Shown here: positions 11,659 to 21,206 of the stretch, one piece after another
Layout: each line of letters begins with the position of its first letter
How positions within the stretch are numbered: position 1 is the stretch's first letter
DNA from: an uncultured Gammaproteobacteria bacterium
GTDB lineage: Bacteria; Pseudomonadota; Gammaproteobacteria; CAKMZV01
Length of the DNA stretch: 64,000 bases
Assembly: GCA_929200535.1 (NCBI GenBank)
Contig: CAKMZV010000003.1
Location: forward strand, 25,171 to 89,170
Reading direction: 5' to 3'
Program-made: the position numbers and the translations under genes
Notes under the pieces: model-generated
Seen by the model: only the letters and a program-made list of their open reading frames with translations
Database searches by the model: none
Told to the model about the DNA's origin: nothing

Positions 11659-11687
11659 ACTATAACAAAAAAAACCTATAATTGCAA
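11659..11687 (-). promoter_or_regulatory. Sigma70 promoter for nrdAB
   Basis: Minus strand TTGCAA-17 nt-TATAGT with an extended TG; the predicted start site overlaps the upstream NrdR box. Confidence 0.65.
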
Positions 11688-11812
11688 GTCATTGAATGAA
11701 AAAGTTAAAAAAAATATTAACTTTTAGGTAGCCATTGAAATTAGAATTTTTAATTTTATAATTCTCTAAATTTAGAATTTTTATGAAGCGCTCTAATTAA
11801 TGCATAACTGTT

Positions 11813-12457
11813 CTACATAAAAAGAAAATATGGGACGCATAAAAATAAAGTGATTGCACCAATTTTAGAGATGGTTTGATGAGAGAGGTTAAGAGTCATT
11901 TGTTTGACAAAAATACCTGAAATAACCCACAAAGTATTCAATGCAAAACCGATAATACTCATAATGATTAAGATAGTAAAAACGCTTAATTTTTCTTGAA
12001 AAGAGGCAATTACACTTAATGATGCCATCCAAATTTTTGGATTGATAAATTGAAAAAAATATAGCTGTATTGGATTAATAATAAATTTGCTTTGATTTTG
12101 AGAAGAATTTTCTTCAAAAAAATTAGCTTGTTTATTCTCTGTTTTGGCTTTAGGCCATAAGGCATAACCCAAATAAAACAATAATAACGCTGATAACAAG
12201 TTGAGGTATTCAGCAAAGGAAACAATAAACTCTTTAATCAAGTGAGTAGCAGATAAAGAAACCGCAACCATACTAATTGCCCCTAAGTTAATAGCTATGA
12301 GCAAAGGGATGGCTTTTTTAAAGCCTTGCTGCAAGCCACAAAGCAGAAGTAAAGTATTATTAGGACCAGGCGTACCAATAATAGACGCAAGCACCAGTAC
12401 TAAAACAACTATAGAGCTACTATCCAAGAGTGTTAAGGGACTGAGCAAGATCCTCAC
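11813..12457 (-). CDS. LysE/RhtB family amino-acid exporter (start may be TTG at 12427)
   Basis: TPGPNN motif, FQFINPKIW, about six hydrophobic segments; overlaps the metZ stop. Confidence 0.8.
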   Translation of the reverse strand: MRILLSPLTLLDSSSIVVLVLVLASIIGTPGPNNTLLLLCGLQQGFKKAIPLLIAINLGAISMVAVSLSATHLIKEFIVSFAEYLNLLSALLLFYLGYALWPKAKTENKQANFFEENSSQNQSKFIINPIQLYFFQFINPKIWMASLSVIASFQEKLSVFTILIIMSIIGFALNTLWVISGIFVKQMTLNLSHQTISKIGAITLFLCVPYFLFM

Positions 12458-13622
12458 ATAAATCTTTAGAATCTTCTAAGCCAATAGAAAGGCGCACTAA
12501 ATCATCACTTACCCCAACCTCATCACGCATTTTTTGAGTCAAACGATTATGCGTTGTTGTCGCTGGATGGCAGATAGTGCTCCGAACATCACCAAAATTA
12601 GCGGTACGAGAAAATAGTTGACAATCATCAATAATTTCCCACGCTTTCTTCTTACCACCTTCTACTTCAAAAGATAACAAAGCACCACTTGCTTTCATTT
12701 GCCTATTAAAAATTTCTTTTTGAGCATAGGTAGTAGCAGAGGGATGGTAAACTTTTTTAACAATTGGTTGCTGCTCTAACCAATTAACTAAAATTTCAGC
12801 ACTTTTGCTCTGCTCCAGCATACGAAGTGGTAGCGTTTCTAAGCTCTTGAAGATGACCCAAGCATTAAATGGGCTCGGCGTTGGTCCTGTGGTACGTACG
12901 ACGCTAAAAATCTTATCTCTAATATCTTTATCATTCATCACAATGGCACCACCCAAACAACGACCCCCACCATCCATAAATTTTGTCATTGAGTGTATAA
13001 CAATATCTGCTCCAAAATTGATGGGTTTTTGCAAAATAGGCGTAGCAACACAATTATCAACTATTAAAAGGGCATTTGCTTGATGAGCAAGTTTAGCTAA
13101 GGCTGGTAAGTCGATGACCTCTAATAAGGGGTTTGATGGCGTTTCACAAAATAAAAACCGCGTGTTATCGCGTATCGTATTTTGCCATTGAGACAAATCA
13201 TTCAATGGGACAAAATCCACTTCAATACCAAAACGAGTGATAACATCACGAAATAACCCCACTGATGTGCCAAAAATATCACGTGAGCAAACAATATGAT
13301 CGCCGCTCTTAAGTAGGGATAAACATACTGCCATAATCGCACTCATTCCAGAGGAAGTGACTAAGCCGTACTCAGCATTCTCTAAAGCAGCAACCTTTTT
13401 TGCCAGTGCATCTATAGTCGGGTTAGTAAAGCGTGAATAAATATTTCCTGAATCTGGATTGGCAAATAAATCGGCACCTTGTTGAGCATTATCAAATACA
13501 AAGCTGGAGGTTAAAAAAAGTGCTTGAGAGTGCTCATTTAATTGTGAGCGGCTACTGCCACTACGCACAGCAAGTGTGCGATCATGCCACACCTTATTTT
13601 TTTCTTTTTGCTTTTTATCCAT
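12420..13622 (-). CDS. metZ: O-succinylhomoserine sulfhydrylase
   Basis: YSRFTNPT, SSGMSAI, ETPSNP, HSMTKFMDGGGR (PLP Lys), ANFGDVRS. Confidence 0.88.
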   Translation of the reverse strand: MDKKQKEKNKVWHDRTLAVRSGSSRSQLNEHSQALFLTSSFVFDNAQQGADLFANPDSGNIYSRFTNPTIDALAKKVAALENAEYGLVTSSGMSAIMAVCLSLLKSGDHIVCSRDIFGTSVGLFRDVITRFGIEVDFVPLNDLSQWQNTIRDNTRFLFCETPSNPLLEVIDLPALAKLAHQANALLIVDNCVATPILQKPINFGADIVIHSMTKFMDGGGRCLGGAIVMNDKDIRDKIFSVVRTTGPTPSPFNAWVIFKSLETLPLRMLEQSKSAEILVNWLEQQPIVKKVYHPSATTYAQKEIFNRQMKASGALLSFEVEGGKKKAWEIIDDCQLFSRTANFGDVRSTICHPATTTHNRLTQKMRDEVGVSDDLVRLSIGLEDSKDLCEDLAQSLNTLG

Positions 13623-13707
13623 TATTAGTAACTTAAAAAATTTCCCGACTAAACTAAAAAATCAACGTCTAATTATAATTGTAAGATAATATTTAAAAAA
13701 TAATATA

Positions 13708-15165
13708 ATGACCGCTCTTGAAACATCACCCATCTCCTCACAAATGAGTCGTAATCCTGAAGTATCTGCTTTTTTAGAGAAAAGCCATCTTGCTTTACAA
13801 AAAAAAGATTTTTTAGAAGCTGAAAAATCCTTACTGAATGCCAGTAAAATTGAGCCTGAAAATGACCAAATATGGTCTAATCTGGGGGTTGCTGCCAAAC
13901 GCAGGAAAGACTATAAAGCTGCCGTCAAATACTACAATAAAGGATTGAAAATTAACCCACAAAATGCTGGATTACTAAGTAATATCGGTAGTCTATTACT
14001 ACAAATTAAAGATTTCGCCCAAGCGGTTAAGTTCCTCCAACAAGCACTTGCTATCGATGATAAATCGGCAAATGCTTGGAACAATCTTGGTAGCTGTCAT
14101 TTTCACCTTGGACGGTACAATGAAGCTCAGTACTGTTATGAAAAATCTCTCCTTTTCGATGTAAATAATTATAGTACTCGATTTAACCTATCATGGTGCT
14201 TACTTAGAATCGGCGAATTTCAACGTGGTTTTCAACTTTATGAAGCTCGTTTTAACAAGGAAGAAAATACTGCCATCGTAAAAAATATTCATTCACCACG
14301 GTGGCAACGCCAGTCGCTTATTGATAATCCTAAAGCTAAACTCTGCATTACTGCCGAGCAAGGGTTTGGGGATACACTCCAATTTATTCGTTTCATTCCT
14401 CAACTACTCGGAACAAATTTGGTAACTCAAGAGCAACTTATCATTCATGTTCAACCCCAATGCGAAAAACTTATTAGCCAAAGCTATCCAGAAATTACGG
14501 TGATTAACAATCAACAACCAGAACCCCCAGAAAGCCTGTTTCATATTCCACTAATGAGTTTACCCTTATTGTGCCATTTAAATCCCCTTAATATCCCTAA
14601 TGCCCCCTATTTAAAGAGCGATAAAACATTGCTTAAAGCTTGGCAAGAAAACATCAATCTCCAAGCAAAAACCAAAACTATTGGAGTTACTTGGAAAGGT
14701 AGTCCGACTAACTTTGATGCTTCTTATCGTTCAATCGATTTTCAAAACTTTATACAAATTTTTACTAACTTGAAAAAACCAGTTAATCTGATTAGCTTAA
14801 GTATTCAACCTGATGTACAAAAGCAAATTGACGAATTTAATCAAAACAAACCAGATATATACAGTAATCTCACTTTTCAAGCACTATCCAAGCCAATTGA
14901 AAATTTTTCTGATACAGCGGCAATTATTCAAAATACCGATTTAATAATTACCATAGATACCGCGGTCGCCCATCTAAGTGGTGCATTAGGAAAAAAAACT
15001 TTCTCGCTAATCCCATATACCAGCGATTGGCGCTGGTTTAAAAATATCACCCATTCTCCTTGGTACCCTTCTATGCAACTTTTTAGACAAAAAAAATATC
15101 GTGATTGGGAGCTACCAATTAGAGAGCTTAACGAAGTGCTAAATAATTGGCTTAATAGCAAATAA
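13708..15165 (+). CDS. TPR-repeat protein fused to a GT9-like glycosyltransferase domain
   Basis: N-terminal TPRs (WSNLG, WNNLG); EQGFGDTLQFIRF; DLIITIDTAVAHLSGALGK; WYPSMQLFRQ. Confidence 0.85.
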   Translation: MTALETSPISSQMSRNPEVSAFLEKSHLALQKKDFLEAEKSLLNASKIEPENDQIWSNLGVAAKRRKDYKAAVKYYNKGLKINPQNAGLLSNIGSLLLQIKDFAQAVKFLQQALAIDDKSANAWNNLGSCHFHLGRYNEAQYCYEKSLLFDVNNYSTRFNLSWCLLRIGEFQRGFQLYEARFNKEENTAIVKNIHSPRWQRQSLIDNPKAKLCITAEQGFGDTLQFIRFIPQLLGTNLVTQEQLIIHVQPQCEKLISQSYPEITVINNQQPEPPESLFHIPLMSLPLLCHLNPLNIPNAPYLKSDKTLLKAWQENINLQAKTKTIGVTWKGSPTNFDASYRSIDFQNFIQIFTNLKKPVNLISLSIQPDVQKQIDEFNQNKPDIYSNLTFQALSKPIENFSDTAAIIQNTDLIITIDTAVAHLSGALGKKTFSLIPYTSDWRWFKNITHSPWYPSMQLFRQKKYRDWELPIRELNEVLNNWLNSK

Positions 15166-15182
15166 TTAAGCCAATTATTTAG
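15139..15182. repeat. Perfect 18-bp inverted repeat spanning the TPR-GT stop codon (possible terminator or RNA-processing hairpin)
   Basis: CTAAATAATTGGCTTAAT / ATTAAGCCAATTATTTAG with an 8-nt loop. Confidence 0.6.
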
Positions 15183-15201
15183 TCTGAAAACCTTAGATCA
15201 A

Positions 15202-15990
15202 ATGCACACAAAATTGAGAAATCTTCATATTAGTTATAATGAGATTAAGACCGCACCACGCTATTCAAATCGCTTAATTGCGGTTATTCTTAGCTATGCA
15301 ACCATTGCTATTGTTGCCGTCTCCTATCTTAAAAACTATGCAGCATTTTTAGAATTGACTTATTTGATAGATGACCTGCAAAATCTTAATCGTGGCACCA
15401 ACATTGCAAAATTACGCCAATACCATTATTTTGAGTTATTAATCTATATATGGTGGTGGTGGTGGCAAGGTGTGTTTTACTTCGTTATTCCAATATTTAT
15501 TGTTAAATGGAAATATAAATATAGCTTAAAACAATTTGGGCTACGTTCTTCTGCCTTCCCTAAACTTAATCGATATTATATTTTATGGTTTCTTGTTACG
15601 CTACTTGCTATCGTGATCGTAAGTAGCCACAAAGATTTTGTCCAATACTATCCTTTCTATAAAAAGGCTCATCGTAGCTTAATCGATTTTGTTGCTTGGC
15701 AAGCAATCTACTTGTCGCAATTTTTATTTCTTGAATTTTTCTTTCGTGGATTATTACTGAATGTCCTATATAGGAAAACCGGCATTCTTGCTGTATTTAT
15801 TGTGGTTATCCCCTATGTGATGATTCATATTACAAAGCCTTGGTTGGAAGCGTTGGCATCTTTCCCTTTTGGATTATTCCTTGGCTATATGGCACTTAAA
15901 ACACGATCCATTTTATCTGGATTTTATCTTCATGTTGCCATTGCGTTGAGCTTAGATGTCAGCATTTTGCTCAAAACCAGTCATTTATAA
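15202..15990 (+). CDS. CPBP (CAAX/Abi) family intramembrane protease
   Basis: LEFFFRG, YVMIHITKP, GFYLH motifs; multiple TM segments. Confidence 0.8.
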   Translation: MHTKLRNLHISYNEIKTAPRYSNRLIAVILSYATIAIVAVSYLKNYAAFLELTYLIDDLQNLNRGTNIAKLRQYHYFELLIYIWWWWWQGVFYFVIPIFIVKWKYKYSLKQFGLRSSAFPKLNRYYILWFLVTLLAIVIVSSHKDFVQYYPFYKKAHRSLIDFVAWQAIYLSQFLFLEFFFRGLLLNVLYRKTGILAVFIVVIPYVMIHITKPWLEALASFPFGLFLGYMALKTRSILSGFYLHVAIALSLDVSILLKTSHL

Positions 15991-16102
15991 AGAGACCTTT
16001 GTACAAAAGCTCTCATAAAATAAAATGAAATTTTGCATAAAATATATCGTCTAATTAAGGAGACCTATCAACCTATTTTTTTATATCCATAAACATACCT
16101 GA

Positions 16103-18058
16103 ATGAACACGTTATCAAGAGTTACCCGCAAGTTTTTTCTTTTATTGTTAATGCTACAAGTAGCCCCATTATATGCAGCACATGATAATCTTAATGACTC
16201 TTCTCATAATGAATCAAATGCTTCTCAAAGCTCATTGATTAGCAATGGGAAAAATCTGCTTGATTCTCTTCTCACGAACATTAATTCCGATGAAATATTG
16301 GATGCTGATGAGGCATTCCAAGTAGAAATCCATTCTGAATCAGAACCTGAGCGCCTTATCGTAAAATGGAATGTTACTGAGAAATATTACTTATATCGTA
16401 ATAAAATGCGTATTTTAGTTGACGATAAGCCCATTGATATTTCACTCCCTCCTGGCAAAGAAAAAGACGACCCTTTATTTGGCAGCGTACAAGTTTATTA
16501 CTCTGCAATTTCAACAACAATTCCACGAACAAAAATCCAAGGCAAAGAACTTAAAATAAACTTTCAAGGTTGTGCTGAAATTGGCGTATGCTATCCCCCT
16601 CAACAAAAAACTTTTCAAATTAGCGAACTCAGTAAATTTCTGATTCCCACCGCCAATGCGGCAACCATAGATACTGCCAAACAAAACACTCAAGCCGCAC
16701 CCAATACCGCTGAAATTCAATCTGAAACAGATATCATCCTATCCCAATTAGATAATAACTCGCTTTGGCTAACCATCGCCCTATTCTTTTTGGCTGGGCT
16801 TTTATTAGCTTTTACGCCATGCGTTTTTCCTCTTATCCCCATTCTCTCTGGAATTCTCAGCCAGCAAGGCGATAAGCTCACTGCTCGAAAAAGCCTCAAA
16901 TTATCCAGTATCTATGTATTATCAATGTCTGTGGCTTATACCATTGCCGGCGTTGTTGCAGGATTGCTCGGTAAAAACCTTCAAGCGGCTTTGCAAAATC
17001 CTTGGTTACTAAGTAGCTTTTCGCTAATTTTTGTTCTGTTGGCATTATCAATGTTTGGCTTCTATGAACTGCAACTACCTCTAAAATGGCAAAATAAACT
17101 CAATACCCTATCCAATAAAAAGGGCTCATCCTCATCAATCGGCGTCATCATAATGGGTTTGTTATCCGCATTGATTGTTGGACCTTGCATTGCTCCACCA
17201 CTGGCTGGTGCCCTACTTTATATCGGACAAACCGGCGATGCCTTTACTGGAGGGGCATCACTTTTTGCAATGAGTCTCGGAATGGGGACGCCGCTAATAA
17301 TTATGGGTATGTTCGCTGGGAATATCCTTCCAAAAGCAGGTGCTTGGATGGAATCCATAAAATCCGTTTTTGGGGTACTTATGTTAGCACTGGCAATTCA
17401 TTTCTTAGATCGCTTTATCCCTGTATCACTCTCAATGTTCTTATGGGGTGCATTATTTATTATCAGTGCTGTTTATATGGGAGCCTTTGAACCCATTATC
17501 TCACCAGTAAAAGAGCAAGAAAAAACACCGCGCCAAGGCTGGAAATTTTTCTTTAAAGGGATTGCTTGGATATTAATGATTATTGGAATCATTTTACTTA
17601 TTGGGCTTGCCAGCGGTGGTCGCTCACTACTGAAACCTTTAGGAAATATAGCAACAAACAATGCCAACAATATCCAACAATCAAACTATGGAAAATTCTT
17701 CCAAACGGCGAATGCAGGTGAAGATATTTTAAATAAATTAAAACAAGCTAAAACCGCACAAAAACCCGCTATGTTTTATGTGACTGCTGATTGGTGTATC
17801 TCTTGCAAAGAATTAGAGGTCTTTACCTTTAGTGATGAAAGAGTCAGCGCTGAGTTAGAATCACAAACCGCTTACAAGATCGATGTCACAGATAATACAG
17901 CCATTGATGAAAAATTTATGAAATCCTTAAATATTGTCGGCCCCCCAGCAATCATCTTTATCGATCGTAATGGCAAAGAAATCAAAAACTATCGCGTCAT
18001 TGGTTTTATGTCTGCCGACGAACTTTTAAAACGAATAAATGCTTGGAAAGCTGGATAA
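16103..18058 (+). CDS. dsbD: Thiol:disulfide interchange protein DsbD
   Basis: QGCAEIGVCYPP, FTPCVFP, GPCIAPPL, ADWCISCK; signal peptide. Confidence 0.95.
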   Translation: MNTLSRVTRKFFLLLLMLQVAPLYAAHDNLNDSSHNESNASQSSLISNGKNLLDSLLTNINSDEILDADEAFQVEIHSESEPERLIVKWNVTEKYYLYRNKMRILVDDKPIDISLPPGKEKDDPLFGSVQVYYSAISTTIPRTKIQGKELKINFQGCAEIGVCYPPQQKTFQISELSKFLIPTANAATIDTAKQNTQAAPNTAEIQSETDIILSQLDNNSLWLTIALFFLAGLLLAFTPCVFPLIPILSGILSQQGDKLTARKSLKLSSIYVLSMSVAYTIAGVVAGLLGKNLQAALQNPWLLSSFSLIFVLLALSMFGFYELQLPLKWQNKLNTLSNKKGSSSSIGVIIMGLLSALIVGPCIAPPLAGALLYIGQTGDAFTGGASLFAMSLGMGTPLIIMGMFAGNILPKAGAWMESIKSVFGVLMLALAIHFLDRFIPVSLSMFLWGALFIISAVYMGAFEPIISPVKEQEKTPRQGWKFFFKGIAWILMIIGIILLIGLASGGRSLLKPLGNIATNNANNIQQSNYGKFFQTANAGEDILNKLKQAKTAQKPAMFYVTADWCISCKELEVFTFSDERVSAELESQTAYKIDVTDNTAIDEKFMKSLNIVGPPAIIFIDRNGKEIKNYRVIGFMSADELLKRINAWKAG

Positions 18059-18106
18059 AAAAAGAGCACACATCTTGAGATCTTTGCACAAAAATATGAC
18101 AAGATC

Positions 18107-18202
18107 TCATCTTGAATAGGACCAAATAGTAGGGATTTTCCTATATAAAATATAAGCACCAATCATAGCCACAATACCAATCAGCGTTAGCAAAATGCCC
18201 AT
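18107..18202 (-). CDS. Putative 31-aa single-TM peptide MGILLTLIGIVAMIGAYILYRKIPTIWSYSR
   Basis: Purine-rich RBS AGGAGAGGGGG upstream; hydrophobic core followed by YRK; below the ORF-track size cutoff. Confidence 0.35.
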   Translation of the reverse strand: MGILLTLIGIVAMIGAYILYRKIPTIWSYSR

Positions 18203-18249
18203 ATGACCATTTCCCCCTCTCCTATTGGCAAAACCATAATCTAAGCAAA

Positions 18250-18342
18250 TTAATGCTTTTTACGTTGATATATTAGTATTGCAATAACCCCAATAGTACC
18301 AACAATAGATAAACCGCCGAATAAAATAAGTGCTTCCATCAT
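18250..18342 (-). CDS. 30-aa single-TM peptide MMEALILFGGLSIVGTIGVIAILIYQRKKH
   Basis: AGGAG RBS; ATGA overlap with the upstream small ORF; basic tail. Confidence 0.6.
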   Translation of the reverse strand: MMEALILFGGLSIVGTIGVIAILIYQRKKH

Positions 18343-18512
18343 TTTCTCCTTAAAAATAAAAATCCCATCAATGCGAATACAGACGTTGCATATATCCCAA
18401 CAAACAGCACGGATATTTTAGAGACATCTAAATCCAAGACAGCACTTAACACAACCCCTGCAAAAATTAATTTTGAAATATCTAAAAAATAATTACCAAT
18501 TGTCTCCTTCAT
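18339..18512 (-). CDS. 57-aa two-TM protein, DUF6722-like (MKETIGNYFLDISKLIFAGVVL...FLFLRRK)
   Basis: Translated by hand. GxYFLDISKLxFxGVVL resembles DUF6722 small membrane proteins (from memory). Confidence 0.65.
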   Translation of the reverse strand: MKETIGNYFLDISKLIFAGVVLSAVLDLDVSKISVLFVGIYATSVFALMGFLFLRRK

Positions 18513-18593
18513 AAACACGATTGTAGCTGAAAATATCTAAATTTTAAAATATCGACTATAATTTTTTGCACGCCTTATACGACCCTACAAATC

Positions 18594-19925
18594 TTAGCGA
18601 AACAAACTCACCAACTTCTTACTCAATTCATCATTTATTGCCTCATCGGCACTTTCTACCATAACCCGTACCAAATTTTCCGTACCCGATGGGCGCACAA
18701 GGATAATTGCCTCTGGGTATTGCTCTTGTAAAATAGAGATTTCTTGTTGAATCTTAGGATTTTGCACAATGGATTTATCCTCAACCTGAAGATTAACCAA
18801 CTTTTGAGGATGTGGAAAAAATTCAGCAAAAGCCTCATCAAGAGTGCTTTTTTTATTATGTAAAATCGCCAGTACAAATAAAAATACCAGCAAAGCATCC
18901 CCACAAGGGTTATATTTTGGTAATAAAATATGCCCTGAGGATTCTCCCCCAAGAAGCCATTGGTTTTTCTCCAAGGCTTCGGCAATATATTTATCCCCCA
19001 CTGGAGTGCGGGTAAACGGAATGTTTAATTGGCGTAACGTTTTTTCAACAAAACCATTGGTCATCTGCGTACCCACAACACCACTATCAACACTACCAAA
19101 AATCGGTGCAAGCAAATACAGAATCCCATCACCATCAATCACCCTACCCTGAGAATCGCATAATAAAATGCGATCACCATCACCATCAAAACACACTCCA
19201 ATATCCGCCTTCTGAGCAATCACCTCTTGAGCGACAATTTCTGGATGCGTTGCACCGCAACAATGGTTTATATTCTTACCATTAGGTTGATTTGCCATTG
19301 CCGTGATTTTATAACCCAATGGCGATAAAACCTGATAAGCAAGTTGATACAAAGCACCATTTGCCGTATCTACAATAACATGCCAAGCAGGTGGTTTAAC
19401 AGTAAGGTAATCGCTATAACGCTTTTGAAGATAATGCTGATAGTCACTCAGCAAAGAGCCTGCATCTTCACCATAATTATTCGCTTTTTGCAGAGGCGTA
19501 GATACCTCACACTGGTTGATAAAAGCCTCTAACTCACGCTCTTGTTGCACAGAAAATTTGCATCCCAAGTGGCTAAATATTTTAATGCCATTATCCTGCC
19601 ATGGATTATGCGATGCTGTAATCATCAAACCAACAGTCGCAGGTGTAATTTGCTGCCTCATTAACCATGATAAAGAAGGCGTAGAAGTAACACCAAGAGA
19701 AATAACCTTAACATTATGACAACCCGCTGCCGAAACAATTGCCTGTAAAAGAATTTCGCTGGAATGACGCGTATCCCTAGCTACCATCAAGACAATGTTT
19801 TTATCCTGATGGCGTTTTAGCCATTCAACTAAAGCATAAACTAATTTATAAACCGCATCATAAGTAATAGGGAAAGTTCCATACTCACCACGAATACCAT
19901 CTGTGCCAAATTGGAACTTCCCCAT
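18594..19925 (-). CDS. glmM: Phosphoglucosamine mutase
   Basis: FGTDGIRG, ITASHNP, DGDGDR, GGESSGH, RPSGTE. Confidence 0.93.
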   Translation of the reverse strand: MGKFQFGTDGIRGEYGTFPITYDAVYKLVYALVEWLKRHQDKNIVLMVARDTRHSSEILLQAIVSAAGCHNVKVISLGVTSTPSLSWLMRQQITPATVGLMITASHNPWQDNGIKIFSHLGCKFSVQQERELEAFINQCEVSTPLQKANNYGEDAGSLLSDYQHYLQKRYSDYLTVKPPAWHVIVDTANGALYQLAYQVLSPLGYKITAMANQPNGKNINHCCGATHPEIVAQEVIAQKADIGVCFDGDGDRILLCDSQGRVIDGDGILYLLAPIFGSVDSGVVGTQMTNGFVEKTLRQLNIPFTRTPVGDKYIAEALEKNQWLLGGESSGHILLPKYNPCGDALLVFLFVLAILHNKKSTLDEAFAEFFPHPQKLVNLQVEDKSIVQNPKIQQEISILQEQYPEAIILVRPSGTENLVRVMVESADEAINDELSKKLVSLFR

Positions 19926-19936
19926 AAAAGAACAAG

Positions 19937-20998
19937 CTAAGCGTTTTTACCAAGTGCAGTAATATGATCTTCCAAGCGTTCATTACTCCCATATAAAAAA
20001 TGATTTTCCATTTTTTCATAGAAACGATGAGCCTCAGTGGTAATTCCCACTGCGTTTGCCACCTCACGAATATGCATTGGTGATGCACCACAGCATACCC
20101 CCAAATAACGAATATCCATTGCATACGCCTCTTTGGCAAACTCAGCAATTTCATAGCGATTACAAAACATTGGATCTAATGCCGTTGGAAAAGCTCTGCC
20201 ATGAGGTGCGGGACAAGAACAACCATTATGGTCACTCAAATTAAAGAAAGTCGGCTCAGCGTCAGTTGTGCGAAATGGAATAGGCAATGCCCCCACATGA
20301 CAAGAAACACTCTTGCGAATTTCTTCTAAATAAGGCATCATTGTCGCAGGTCCTCGAAAGCAATTCATCCCAACCACATCGGCACCACGATTAGCCAATT
20401 CCTTACAAGTATCAACAATGCTCACCCCATCAATCATCGCATTTTCTGCCATCGGAGCAACCGTGACAACAGAAGGTAAACCACTTGCTTGAATAACATC
20501 CAAAGCGGCATAAGCCTCCTCGGCATAATAAAAAGTCTCACCAATAATAATGTCGGCACCCTCATCAACTGCCCAACCAATCATCTCTTCAAACATGCCC
20601 CTAACCTCAGCCTGCTTTGATTTATCTGTTGGATGCCAAATATTGGTATTAGAAACATTCCCTGCCATTAAATTGCCCTCTTTTCGCTTAGCTACTTTTT
20701 TAGCAATCTGCAAAGCAGAACGATTTAACGGCTCTAATAAATCCTCCTTACCAATAACACGCATTTTCTCACGATGCCCATTATAAGTAAATGCCTGCAC
20801 CACATCCGAGCCAGCTCGTTGAAAATCATGATGCAAATTCTCCAACGCATCCGGATTCTCTAAAGCCACCTCAGGCACAAACTCACCCGCCGTCAAATAA
20901 CCACGACGCTCCAGCTCAAACAAAAATCCTTCTGCACAAATGACTGCACCCTTATCCAATCGCTCCGTTAATACATTACTCATAAAATTTTCCCTCAT
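19937..20998 (-). CDS. bhmT: Betaine-homocysteine S-methyltransferase family protein (start probably 20983)
   Basis: EGFLFELERRGY, AFTYNGHREK, GMNC and GVCCG Zn ligands. Confidence 0.8.
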   Translation of the reverse strand: MRENFMSNVLTERLDKGAVICAEGFLFELERRGYLTAGEFVPEVALENPDALENLHHDFQRAGSDVVQAFTYNGHREKMRVIGKEDLLEPLNRSALQIAKKVAKRKEGNLMAGNVSNTNIWHPTDKSKQAEVRGMFEEMIGWAVDEGADIIIGETFYYAEEAYAALDVIQASGLPSVVTVAPMAENAMIDGVSIVDTCKELANRGADVVGMNCFRGPATMMPYLEEIRKSVSCHVGALPIPFRTTDAEPTFFNLSDHNGCSCPAPHGRAFPTALDPMFCNRYEIAEFAKEAYAMDIRYLGVCCGASPMHIREVANAVGITTEAHRFYEKMENHFLYGSNERLEDHITALGKNA

Positions 20999-21112
20999 TA
21001 GTCATAGAATTAATTATCAACTACTCATTTTTCGACATTCAATACAAGTACGATAAAATAAGTTCCATTACATAATTTTATCACCAAAAACACCCATAAA
21101 ACATAACAAAAG

Positions 21113-21121
21113 TGTTAAAAT
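21113..21121 (+). promoter_or_regulatory. Extended -10 element upstream of wzz / glycan locus 1
   Basis: TGtTAAAAT; a diverged copy of this region recurs at 49322-49356. Confidence 0.45.
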
Positions 21122-21206
21122 AAATAGCTGTTAAGCTGGTAAACGAGTCTTCCCTCCTCAAATAAACCACCCCTCCAAACTTTGTAATTTCACCTAAATC
21201 TATTCT

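Noticed and set aside
20999-21206. SAM riboswitch upstream of bhmT, or ops/JUMPstart element upstream of wzz
   Set aside because: No recognisable consensus by eye; an Rfam/Infernal scan would be needed.
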